A DNA stretch of 58,544 nt, counting the filler, from Dugesia japonica (lineage: Eukaryota), in assembly GCA_001938525.1 (NCBI GenBank). It is 5 parts of 5 records of this genome, joined end to end, with 100 filler letters (N's around TTAATTAATTAA, not from the genome) between each part and the next. Parts side by side here need not be neighbours in the genome. Positions count along the whole stretch, not along the records: positions 11,031 to 20,337 come from MQRL01647554.1; positions 20,438 to 38,638 come from MQRL01602112.1; 3 more parts are not named here. The stretch is one strand, 5' to 3'. Within the stretch, counting starts at the first letter, position 1. Each line of letters begins with the position of its first letter. The notes below the pieces were generated by a model. The model did not search any database and was not told where the DNA came from. It worked only from the letters and a program-made list of their open reading frames with translations. Shown here piece by piece: positions 14,275-26,159 of the stretch. Both the position numbers and the translations under genes were made by a program.

Positions 14275-14429
14275 CATATCGATCACCATTCGTCGCATCG
14301 ATTGCCGATGCCGTTTGTTAAGAATAACTAGAAAATCGCATTCCTCCTTAGCCAATAATGAAAATGCCATAGCTAAGTGGTGATTTTCCAAAACTGAATT
14401 ATCGTTATACATAGTTGCCAATTCAGTAT
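14275..14429 (-). CDS. PDE4: Internal exon (155 bp) of a cAMP phosphodiesterase catalytic domain, PDE4/dunce-like
   Basis: tttcag|AT ACT GAA... translates to [51 protein letters not shown]|gt. This closely matches PDE4 [22 protein letters not shown]...RQSLRKMVID. Not in the ORF track. Confidence 0.85.
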
Positions 14430-15269
14430 CTGAAATTATAATTCAAAGTGTCAGAATTTACAGAATCTCAATTTACTAATCAGTTAATATTTTCACATCA
14501 TTGAACCTAGGCAAACTGCAGCAAAATTAAATCATCAGTTTATTTTCAAATAACTAATTTGTTATTATAAGCTTTGTTTTTATTTATCAGTAACATTTCA
14601 ATTTAATGTAAATTAATTGGAATATATTTTCATAGAACTTCAAACAAGGCATCATAAAATAGTAGAAAATTTAATCATGTTAAACACTGCATTTAGTCTG
14701 GTAGATTTTGTTGGGGATTTATCATTTNNNNNNNNNNNNNNNNNNNNNNNNNNNNNNNNNNNNNAAATGCCTGATGTTTACAGAGATAATTTATGTAATT
14801 TCAATTTCTAGATTAAAATTAATTATTGGTGCTTTACAATAAAAATACAAATATTCTTTGATTATTTATCGATTAATTTTAAATTGTAATTTTTTTTTAT
14901 CTGAAAAATTACTTTTTAAATTGATAATAAATTTGATATTTTCTTTAAAGGCATTCCTTTCCTGTTTTTATATTTTCTATCATTTTTACCATGTAATGTT
15001 TTACATAGAAAACAAAATTTCGACTTTGATTTTTTTGGAGAATTTAGAATTAAGTTAATTTCCACAAAGTTAATTTTAACTTTAAAATATATTTTATAGA
15101 ATTTTGAGAATGAAATTTATGAAAGTTAAATTTAAAAGAATAAAAAAGGGTTAACTTAAAAAATTGATAACTTTGCACATGAAATACACGTAATTATGTT
15201 TATACGCAATAGATACGTTCCGCGGAAACTCGCGTAAAAACAGAATTAGTTATATATATATATATATAT

Positions 15270-15460
15270 ATTAAATCTTAAAATTAATGTTCAGTTGACG
15301 AATTCAACACCGCTCTTAAAATTATTTTATTGACTATTTATTGAGATTACACAATTGAAATTTTATAGTCATTTAAACTTTGCGAATAGTTAGCTTTAAT
15401 ATTCTTTCGTTTGCTTGATGATGACGGTAATTCCGTCGTAATTGATTGCAACTAATAAAT
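15270..15460 (+). mobile_element. Penelope-like element 3' end with degenerate hammerhead (15411-15451)
   Basis: LKINVQLTNSTPLLKLFY* resembles the PKINVQ GIY-YIG terminus at ~43150. It is followed by TTGC TTGATGA T GACGG-taatt-CCGTC GTAA ... GCAA. Confidence 0.55.
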
Positions 15461-15906
15461 ATTTTTAAAAAATGGCGTTCTTAAATTTTTAAAAAGAAAT
15501 ACAAAAGTTATGCAGAATAAATTTCCTGAAAGACTTTTCTATAATATTTTAATTTTAAGTAATTATTTATTCAATATAAATATTGGAAATCCCTTGTATA
15601 AGAGTGTCGTAGATTTTTCGTATCCTACGATTTGGTGTTTACTTCTAGAAACGCGTTAAAACAAGCATCTACATATATTTTCTCATGATTTAAAATAGAA
15701 AAATGTAAACCATGTGAAAATAGAATTGGAATCTCGTAAAATATAATTTGCTTGAAAACCGAGTAACGTGTATGTATTTTAAAAATATTTGATCATTTCC
15801 AACCACAAAAGAAAATAATTAAATCAATTTATCATTTAAAATTCATCAAAGTTTCTTGATAATTATTAAAATAATTTTTTTCTTATAAATTTCATTTGTG
15901 ATTATA

Positions 15907-17274
15907 CAAAGTGGTCATTCGAAAACCGGAAAAATTCGATAAATTTAATCATTTGTATTATATGACATTTATAACGAATTTCCAGTAAATCCACACGGTC
16001 AAAATAGCTTACCTGCACTGCATGGCATCGTGTTAACTGCAGAATCCATTTTTTGTTGAAGTTCGAAGTGTAGCTAGGTAAATGTTATTCCAAGTCTCTT
16101 CTAAGATGAGTTTCATTTCATCAATTGTTTTTATATTGGGAATTTCTTTGTTTTTCTGACAGCAACAAACTCCAGATGCAGTAATCCATCACATTCAAAC
16201 TTAGATTTTTTGATGGCCCATGTTTTGGTTCAATAAAATAATCTGGAGTAGCATTTCGAAGAAATGGAACATTAGCCTTTACAGTGTGTGCTCTTGCTCC
16301 ATATTGTTGCCATGTCCATGTTTCACCTTTCATCATATTCTTCACATCTTAAACCATTTGATAACACATTTGCTAGCAAAAATCTTTTGATTTATAGTTT
16401 TCATTTTACTTCTGTACCGAATAAGATCCTCTAGATCCAAAACATAGCCTTCAATAAATTTTAGTTCTGTTTCTCAATCAAATAACACTGCAGCATATCA
16501 AATTACAGAAGGTTTTAAATTGTCATATTCAGTTAGTAGATCTTTATTAGGAAGTACAGTTTTTCCAGTTACCTAACGGTAAATTTTGCATTTTGAGAAT
16601 TTAAAGAAGCTCATAATGAAAACTCTATCTTGTTCAAAAGCCATACTTTCTTTCAAGCCTCTATTTGACCAAAACGATCAGTCAATGCAACGGACTTATT
16701 CGTACGTTTATTTGATGAAGTGGAATGAGAAAATTACTCTTTACTATTCGAGAGCAAGGATATTTCCATTCTCCTGGCAATGTTCCGTTGGCTCAAGCGC
16801 TTTCTCTTAAAATCTCTTAAATNNNNNNNNNNNNNNNNNNNNNNNNNNNNNNNNNNNNNNNNNNNNNNNNNNNNNNNNNNNNNNNNNNNNNNNNNNNNNN
16901 NNNNNNNNNNNNNNNNNNNNNNNNNNNNNNNNNNNNNNNNNNNNTCAAATTGATGTTTCATAATGTTTAACAAAAATAAGGTAATACCTTTGAACACTTC
17001 GGTATTCCCCATGAAGGATTTTCATTTTTTAAGAGTATTATAACTTGTCTCTCAAAGTCAGATAATTTTCTTTGTTCTGTCGTAAAGTTAGCAATAACTC
17101 AGAATAACAAAGGCTTGGATTAAAGAATGCAATAATGTTTAAATAATAAATGATTACTTATTCTGTGTTTTAATCAACCAATCAGAAGCTTGTCTATTAC
17201 GTGTTTAAAATATAATGGTACAATTTGCATGAATAAATTTAATTAAATTTCCCAGTTTTCTAATGACTACCCTG
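15907..17274 (-). mobile_element. Tc1/mariner transposon, maT (DD37D)-like, degenerate
   Basis: TA-flanked TIRs CAAAGTGGTCATTCGAAAACCGG vs revcomp CAGGGTAGTCATTAGAAAACTGG. Transposase fragment WTWQQYGARAHT...LNVMDYCIWS. Confidence 0.85.
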
Positions 17275-18029
17275 TATTTGTAAAATTGATGAAGAAATCA
17301 ATTGAATGAAACAAAACAGTACTGGTAAATCATTCCAAATATAATATGGGTATATTATACTTATTTTTATTAATGAATTTTTAAAATAAATTCAATAATG
17401 ATAATTATTTTTTAAAATAAATTTTTTGTATTGTTTTTGTAGTATTTTGTATATTTTTGTACTATTTTCAAATGATATTTTACATGTAACATTTCAAGTA
17501 GACAATATGTATCCAGTTAAAACTTTAAATAACAATATTTCTCTTTTTATATTTTTAAATTTTATTTATATTTCAAAAATAAAATAGTCAAAAATACCTC
17601 GCAAAATTATGATTTATTTCAATTTAAAATTATTAATTTTTTTAATATTTATTATCTATAGTTTCTTATTTGAGAAAACGCGTTTTTTTGTAGAATTTTC
17701 TGACATTAAAAATTTACATTGTTTTTGTAAAATACATTGGAGACACAAAGGTCCCCATGCGTAAGAATGTAATTATTTTAATTTTATTGCTCTAGGAGAA
17801 TTCTTAAATGAGAACAAATCTAATTAATTTGTATTAATTAAGGCATTTATCTAGAATAATTTAGAAAAATACAAAAATTTATTATTTACGCAATAAGCTT
17901 AACAGTTTCTAAACAAATATAACTATAAAAATGGATTCAAATCAAATTAAAGTTTTTGTACAAAAATTGTGTAGATTTTTAGAAACTAGAATTTGGTTTT
18001 AAATTTTGGAAAATTAAAAATGATATTTT

Positions 18030-19530
18030 TGTCTTTATATACCGTCGTTCCTCTCAATCTTCCTAATACTTTTGACATTAATTTTTGAAAAGTTCCAAGT
18101 GCTACAGCTATACCGAAAGGCATTCTTGTGAAACAATACTGCCAATTTTTCGTAGAAAATGCTGTTTTCTCTTGTGAATATTTATGTAACGGAACTTGAT
18201 AATATGCATTACTCAAATCAAAAGTACTAAAATATCTTGCACCACTCAAATTGTCTAGTATTTCCTCTACATTGGACATNNNNNNNNNNNNNNTTTCTGT
18301 GATTGCATTCAGTTTTCTAAAATCTAGATATAATCTAACGTCTTTCATTTCTTTTTTTCCAAACAGATATTAACGGAGTGTTCCATTGCAAATTGCACTT
18401 TCTAATAATGCCATTATCAAACAAATTCTTGATAGTTTCATCGATCTTATTCTCTAAATGCATTGGTTGTCTCCATGGTTTCGTATTTATTGGTTCTCTA
18501 TTTGTGATTATTTGATGTTCTGCTATTGTTGTTCTGTCGATATCCCAGTTGTCTGCCATGAATATTCCTTTATAAATCATTACAACTTTCTCCAAATTCT
18601 CGTTTGGCTTGCTAATCAATAATTTTATTTCTCTCTGTACTCTCTCTTCTTCCGTTGTATTGCTTTTTATTATTACAAATTATGTCTATTTCTTCTTATG
18701 TAATTATTCGTATTGTTCGAATAATATCTTTGTTTGCCATTTCCGAAATATTTTGTGGCCTGTTCACTTTTATTCTGATAACTAAACTATTTGTTCATAT
18801 TTGTGTAACAGTCCTCTGTGTGGTGTCTTTCTTTTTGCATCTTGAGCAATTAACTTTGGCACAGTCTCTTCTTAAGTGTTGTTCAGATCCAAAAGCATAA
18901 CATTTGTTTTTCTTTCTTGAAAATTTCTGCTTACATTTTGTTTCTGTTCTGCTATATTTCTTCATTACGACTTTTGTTGAAATGTGTTTGTACTGGACTT
19001 CGGTGAACTGCATCTCTGTAGTTACGAAATACATTTATTTCTTCAGTTTTTTATGTCTTCCCACTCTTTTATTCCTTTAAATACATCTTCTACTTTTATG
19101 ATTTTTCCTTATTTGACTTTATTTTTAATCTCTCTATCATTGCAACTATTCATTATTAGCTCTTTTGTTAAGTCATTTTTGTTCCATTTATGAGCCATTA
19201 GCTTTACTACTATTTTTTCTATCTTTTTCTTATAGATCCTCACATGATTTACATTCCTTTGATAAATTAGAGCTTCCTCCATATCTTTAAGCATTGTCAA
19301 TGGCCTAAAAAAGCCTTTCTAAATTTTTCTTCAAATCCTAATGCTTCGTCTTTATTTTCATAGATTTCACGTAGTTCTTTATCTATGAAAGCAACTATAA
19401 ACAAACTCCTATGGCCTTTCTTTGTCCCGGCTATATCAAAATATTACGTTGTCCTCAGAATAAATTTTCAGGAAATTCAAGGATGCATTGCTTCTTTTAG
19501 AAAATCCAATGTTGCATTGGTAGCCATATT
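18030..19530 (-). mobile_element. Ty3/Gypsy gag plus RT N-terminal fragment; protease apparently deleted
   Basis: Zinc knuckles CYAFGSEQHLRRDC and CSRCKK.., then HQIITNREPINTKPWRQP, RLYLDFRKLNAIT, FSTFDLSNAYYQVP and RMPFGI. Confidence 0.85.
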
Positions 19531-20337
19531 ACTTAAATTCAAAATCTCACAACTCTCCATAAGTTTTTATTTATTATTACAACTTTTTGATCAAAGTAAA
19601 AAAAGAAAAAGAATATTCCATGGTACTCAAACAAATAATCTGAAAATTTTTTTAAAAATATTTTAAAAAAATCGATTTTAATTCTACAAAATATTTATAC
19701 TTTACATATATTTTTAATTATTTTTCTACATAATTTCTTTACAATAGTTTATATTTTTAAAATTTTGCTTTTTATAATATATTCAAATTATTTAAATTAA
19801 TTTCGTTTTAAAAAATGTTTTATATTTTAAAAATCTCTTAAGNACATTTTTTACAATAATATTTGAAAGTAAATTTTAATATAATATATTATATAAAAAT
19901 TAAGAAATCTCCCAGATATTTAAAATCCATGAATCATTCTTACAAAAATAATTAATAATTTTTTTGCTTTAAAAATTTAATAGGATTTCGGTGGTTAAAT
20001 AAAATTTTTTAGATATAATTCAGAAATTCTATGAGTATTTAAGAATTTTGTGGTTTTAAAGTTACAATTATTGTGAGAATAATTGTTTAACTTAACCACT
20101 GATCGTGTTTAAGATTTTATTAAGTTAAAAACTTCGATAANAATAGTTTTTATTATATTTATTGTTTTTAGTTCGTCAGGAATTGACTTGAAGAAAGAGT
20201 CTAAAACTCGAAATACTACCAAGAACTAAAAAAATAAATAAGAAAATCAATGCATTATGCCATTTTAATCAATTTTCTATTTTAAGATTATTTTTAAGAC
20301 TTTGCCAAATTTTTAAAATTATTTTGGATTTCAATTA

Positions 20338-20437
20338 NNNNNNNNNNNNNNNNNNNNNNNNNNNNNNNNNNNNNNNNNNNNTTAATTAATTAANNNNNNN
20401 NNNNNNNNNNNNNNNNNNNNNNNNNNNNNNNNNNNNN
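20338..20437. other. Artificial scaffold linker 44N-TTAATTAATTAA-44N
   Basis: Same layout as the other three linkers. It truncates the 3' end of the large Gypsy element. Confidence 0.9.
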
Positions 20438-21340
20438 TAATTTACACTAATCGATCAATGGACACATTTAATAGATTGTTATCTGTCTTATCTACTGATT
20501 ATGTGAGTAACGCGCCATCCTGTTCCATCGCCACTTTATTAAATAGCGTATTTTCTATTATGAACTTTAATTTCTTGTTCCCATCTTCTTCTGCTTTTGT
20601 TAGATGAACTCTTTTTTTGCCATATTTTAAATAGATATCTGTTTATGGTGGTGTTAAGAATCTGAATTCTCCTCTCTTCTTATTTCTCTTATTTGATGTT
20701 TCTAACCAACTAAACTCTGGTTCGGTTAGAAATATATCTGTTTCTCGTCCCATTGAATCATCGCTTTAACTATCTGTATAATACGGCATATAAACACAAT
20801 CCTCTCTAACTTGTTCTACCGTAAGATCTTTCAACTGTTCGTCTCCATTATCTGATTCAGTGAGGTCTACAACACGTTTTGGTTCCATAATATCTTCTAT
20901 CTGTTCATCTCCCACGTCAGACCAGTATTCAGTACTGCTATTTATCTGTCCTTCGTCTAAATCACAAGTTTCTTCATGTAAGGGAACTGGGATTTTCTTT
21001 CACTGTTTGACTACCCACTGTTCGTCCTTCTTGCCTTGGATCTCCAGCTGTCTGTTCTCCTCAACCATTTGTCTTCTTATTTCTTCGTCATCTGACTCAG
21101 GACTATATTCGTCACTGCTGCATTCGTCTTTAATTTCATCTTTGACCGACTTGTTGTCGTCATCTCTAGTTCGGCTCGACTTTTGTATCCAGGTCATCTT
21201 CGGATTCAGAATCTAATATCCATCGAATACTTATTGGCTTAACAACTTCTCTAATTGCAATGCCATGCGTCGTGTTCTGATCTTCTTTGATTAATGTCAT
21301 GTTATCAGTTGTCTTTGGTTGTATGGAATCCCTCCATTTC
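20438..21340 (-). pseudogene. Acidic accessory ORF remnant in the 3' region of the Gypsy element
   Basis: The frame of ORF 21000-21197 continues through isolated stops (ECSSDEYSPESDDEE...TEYWSDVGDEQIEDIMEPKRVVDLTESD...) to the gap. No family recognised. Confidence 0.5.
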
Positions 21341-21635
21341 TGCTGATTACATATTTGTTTTTATTGACCTTTGACTGATTATTGCAGATGCAAATTGTTT
21401 GAGTGCTTTTTCTAAAAAAAATAAATAATTAATAATTGATTTTAAGGACTGATTAGTCCTAAATAATGCTACAGGTACTAGTAGCGTACTATATAAATAA
21501 AAATATATATAAATAATAATATAAATTTTTAATATTTTTTGAAAGTTTGACAAAGGGTGTTCAGACCAATGTCCATTGGACATAGTTTGAAATATGTGAG
21601 GTATTGCGACGCTGATAACGCTGCCTCTTCCACCT

Positions 21636-22384
21636 TTATCGCTTATGCATTTGAATTAAGATGACTATGAAAGCGAGGAGGAAGAGTGATGCAATCATTC
21701 CCAGTATTGAAAAAGGGTGATGTAATATTTTTATGTCAAATGGTTTTATTGTTGTCGTAACCCACATCTGTAGAGTTTTCTATCGTAATTGTTGGTAATT
21801 TAATTTCGTGTTATCTTTCAAATTCTCTTTAAATCCTTTAAAGTTTCTGTCTGTATTCACATTTGTCGTCGTTTTTATTGTAGTACTAGTATATACTAGT
21901 GTACTATGATGAATAGTTGTTTCTATTTGTGATTTGGTTGTATGCAACTTTTTATGTTTTGTGGGAGTAGTTATTAATCTTATTTGTGGTAGAACTTGTT
22001 TGTTTGGTAGTGTAGTAAACATATGTTGTTCTAATGACCTGGTTCCGTTTATCCAATAATTTATCCAAGTTCTATATTTTGTGCTGGCCTCTAGTCTTTT
22101 TATCTCTATCTGGCCTATCCCCTTGTTAAATTTCATTGGTATTGGTATGAAGACCTATTTTTTCCGGTGTATGCAATCGATATATCTCTGACGTATGCGA
22201 TTGGTCTATCCTTTATCGTTGCAGCGATCATTATATTATCAGGTGCTCTGAGTATAATTCTATCTGAATAAGTTATTCTTGTTATGTAACTAGAACCTTT
22301 ACTCTTCTCTAGTTGAGCTATACTTACTGTCAACAATGTCAATAAAGTTAGTGCAAAAAGTGGTACTGTGCTTTTTGACCCTGA
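21636..22384 (-). pseudogene. Putative type I membrane protein: signal peptide, FN3-like beta domain, Thr-rich stalk, TM helix; starts in frame after the integrase
   Basis: HKYNL*SGSKSTVPLFALTLLTLLTVSIAQ; after a frameshift, IEIKRLEASTKYRTWINYW, TSTTIKTTT and FSILGMIASLFLLAFIVILI-QMHKR. Confidence 0.6.
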
Positions 22385-23543
22385 TCAAAGATTGTATTTA
22401 TGTTGCTTTTGAGATTCAATTTCCACTTCTGCTACTTTACATCTGTTGACGGCAACAATTATTGGATCATTTTGTTTATTTTTTATCACATGCAGATTTG
22501 TAGGATTTACTTTTATTACCTCATATAGGCCTTTGTAAGGTCTTGCTAATTTATTTGTTAATCCCTTCTGTGTAACTGGCGTTTTTATTCTCACTTTGTC
22601 TCCAACTTTAAAACTAGATTCTTTGGTTATTTTGATCATAATAATCTTTGCATTGTTTCTGTTTAAACTTTACTTTTAGATTTGCCTGTTTATATACCTG
22701 TTGTAATCTTTCCTGCATTTTTGTAGCGTAATTTGGATTGTCCATATACTGCGACACAATTGGTTCAAATGTTATATCTATTGGCATATGAGTTTTTCTG
22801 AGATACATAAGGTAAAATGGTGAATATCCCGTAGCTTCGTTCTCAGTTGTATTATGTATGAACAATGTTGGTTTAATAAATAGATCCCAATCATTTTGAT
22901 GTTTATTCATGGAGACTGCCAATCTATTATTACCNTCAGTTTGTGGGTGATAAGCCGTTGTATTTATTTTCTTAATATCAAACATATTTGTTACTCTTTG
23001 TATGACTTTGTTGAAGAAATTCTTTCTTCTATCTGATAACAGCGTTCTTGGCGCTCCATATTTGTAGATTATTTTCTCAACTAATAACCTTGCTACTGTA
23101 TCTGCTGTTTCATCTTTTTTTGGAAATGCTTCTGCCCATTTTGTAAAATAATCATTGAATACTAATATGTGTTTGTTACCCTTTATAATTGTTGGTGATT
23201 TGCATAGGAAATCCATTGCATATGTTTCCATTGATGACCTGGGTATTGGAATTGGTTGTGATGGAACTTTGGTTTTTGTTCCTGTTTTTTCTTTTAGCAC
23301 AAATGCTACATGCTTGGCACCTTTTTTTATATTTTCTTTAATATTATCCCAAAAATATTTTTGTAGTAATCTTGATGTGGTTTTTCTTCTTGATAAATGN
23401 CCTTCAAGCGCTCCATCATGATATTGTAGCAGTAATAATTGTTTTAAAGAATCTGGTACAATCATTAGATTTTTCCCTAAATTATTGTACATGAGCAAAT
23501 TCTTAACCATTTTATATTTAGTATTCTTTTCTTGAATCATCAT
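22385..23543 (-). pseudogene. Integrase (HHCC, DDE core, GPY/F), frameshifted
   Basis: QYHDGALEGHLS, YAMDF, DYFTKWAEAFP, LLSDR, TTAYHPQT and FKVGDKVRI..RPYKGLYEV. Confidence 0.95.
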
Positions 23544-23689
23544 CTTTTTAATGTCTTTTGTTTTTTATCTTTATTTTACTCTTCTAGAAACGTTTTCGAG
23601 TTTGTTTCAGTCATAACGATTGACATCATTTCCATTATATTTATTTCAGGAATTCTTGATAATGAATCAGCATTTTTATTTGCTTTACC

Positions 23690-25012
23690 TGGCTTGTATA
23701 TTATACGAATACTCATATCCTGAATTTTCATTGCCCATTTCAATATCCTACTGGATACATCTTTTTTTTTCCATAAACTCTCTAATGGTTTATGATCAGT
23801 TCGGATAACTATCTCTGTTCCATTTATATATATGGTCTAAATTGTTTCAACGCAAATATGATAGGTAAACATTCTTTTTCGATTGTTGAATATCTTTTTT
23901 CTGCTTCTTTTAACATTCTACTGGCATATGCAATGACATAATCTTTATTCTTTTCGTCCACCTGACCATGGTACTGCTCCCATAGCATATCCACTTGCAT
24001 CTGTCATCACTATGAATTGCTTTGTAAAGTCAGGATATCTTAATATCGGAGCTGTTAGCAATCGTTGTTTTAATGTGTCGAAAGCTTCCGGTTGTTTTGT
24101 ATCCCATTGTTTTTGAGGTTTCTTTGGTTTTTCATCTAATGGCTCTACAATCATGACGTTTTTACGTTCGTCTTTAGTCTTCATACCCTTTGTTAATTCT
24201 ACCAATGGTGATGATATTTTTTGCGAAATCTTGTATGAATCTTCGATAATATCCCACTAGACCATTAAATCCTTGTAATTGTTGTACGCTTTTTGGCACA
24301 TTAAAATCTTGGAACGCTTTAGCCTTCTTTGGATTTGGCTCTAATCTCTTTGATGACACAATATGTCTGAGAAATAAAATACTTTCCTCTGCCCATTTGC
24401 AGTTTGTGTGTTTTAACTTGATTTGTGCTTTTCTAATTATGAACAGTACATTTTCTATGTTAACTAAATGTTTTTCAAATGTTTCAGATGCTATGAGTAT
24501 ATCATCTATATATACAACTACATGTTCAACACCTGTTAAAACTGTGTTCATTTATCTTTGGAATGTAGCTGGTGCATTACATAATCCAAATGGTAGTCTA
24601 ACAAATTTATATAATACATCATCAGTACAAAATGCTGTTTTCTCTCGATCTTCTTCCTGTACTAGGATTACATTTTAACCTTTATTAGCATCCAAACTTG
24701 CAAAGTATTTTGCATTCATTAACTTGTTGAACTGTTCATGTATTTTTGGAAATGAGTGTGTATCCTTTTTGTAACTTTATTAAGTTTTCTGTAATCAATA
24801 CAAATTCTAATCTCGCCGTCTTTCTTTTTGACTGGTACCATTGGTGATGCCCATTGGGAAAAACTATCTTGTATGATTCCATTCGCTTTCAGTTTTGCTA
24901 CATGTCTTTTTATTTCTGGTCTTAACGCATATGGTGCTACATATGGTCGCTGTTTTATCGTTCTTGCGTCACCTGTATCAATTATATGTTTTATAATATT
25001 TGTTCCTCCCAT
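23690..25012 (-). pseudogene. Reverse transcriptase plus RNase H of the Gypsy element
   Basis: [86 protein letters not shown] and YKPGKANKNADSLSR. Confidence 0.95.
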
Positions 25013-25639
25013 ATCAAATTCATGTTTAGCGAATGCATCTTCATATTTGTCTAGTAATTTCTGTAATTGCTGTTGCTAATTTATTGTGAGATTTTTATTG
25101 GTTATCTTTGTTTCCTCATAATACTTTGTTTGCTTTTGTTTTATTAGTTCTTTGTCAGTTAGTTTTCCAGTTTTTTCCTGTTTCTCCAGAATAAGTTCAG
25201 CTAATTCAAGATTATTTAATTTACATCTCTTTTTTCCTGATTTCATATTTGGAAATTGTTTATTTTATCTCTGTACATTTACTCTCTTTTGTTGCTCCTC
25301 CGCTACAGTTTCATATATTTCATATTCATTCCCATTCTCAAATAATTTTCCTAATTTTGTGTTTTTCTGGAGAAATACATCATAGTTGTTATAGTTGGCT
25401 ATTCTCATTGGTATTATCCCTTTTTTTGGTTGTACACATACAGGCATTATTGATAAGTTGTGTTTTTTTATTAATTTATCATTTGGTTCAAAAATATATG
25501 ACTTGTTATTTTGTACTTCTGTATTTATAGGCATTACACATTCACTACAGCGTTCTACTGTTATTAAGTCTGTTGCACATTTCACATTACATTCATCTTA
25601 CACTGGTAATGGTGTTACCATTTTTAGTGTGCCATCTTG

Positions 25640-25940
25640 TAAATCAATAACATAATCTTTTAACCTTGCCAGAAAATCTTTACCCAAAATGCAATTATGT
25701 GTTCTTCTTTCCATATGTGTAACAATTTCTTGTCCAATTGTAACCTTACACTCCATTATGCCTTTCGTTGTTATTATATGCCCTGTAAATGATTTTATAC
25801 CTTCCTGTTTATAATTCTTTATTTTCTGTCTTTGGGATTTACTTAAACATGATTCTTTTATTATTGAACATACTGCTCCTGTATCTATTAATGAAGTTAT
25901 ACTTATTCTATTTATTATGATGTCTGTTGTTGGTCTATTA
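25640..25940 (-). pseudogene. Retropepsin (aspartic protease), in the same ORF (25598-26680) as the glycoprotein C-terminus
   Basis: ITSLIDTGAVCSII ... CILGKDFLARL. Confidence 0.95.
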
Positions 25941-26159
25941 TTGTCTGAATCTATAACTGATATTGAATAGTTGTTTTGATATTTATATTGTGTTGAATCA
26001 TCTATTTTTATATGTTTTAATTCGATGTGTTCTTGTTTATATGGTTTATATTCTGTATCTGATGGTTTATCATTACTTAATTTGGTCAATTCTTGCTCAT
26101 CATCCATGTTTACTGTATATATACCTCGATCCTTTTCTAGATTCTTTATTTTTTCACTA

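Noticed and set aside
15215-15251. Helitron 3' end (CGCGG..CGCG hairpin, then TTAGT)
   Set aside because: The terminus is not CTRR and no 5' end was identified.
25265-25585. Possible dUTPase after the protease
   Set aside because: No dUTPase catalytic motifs; it resembles the common beta-rich PR-RT spacer of Gypsy elements.
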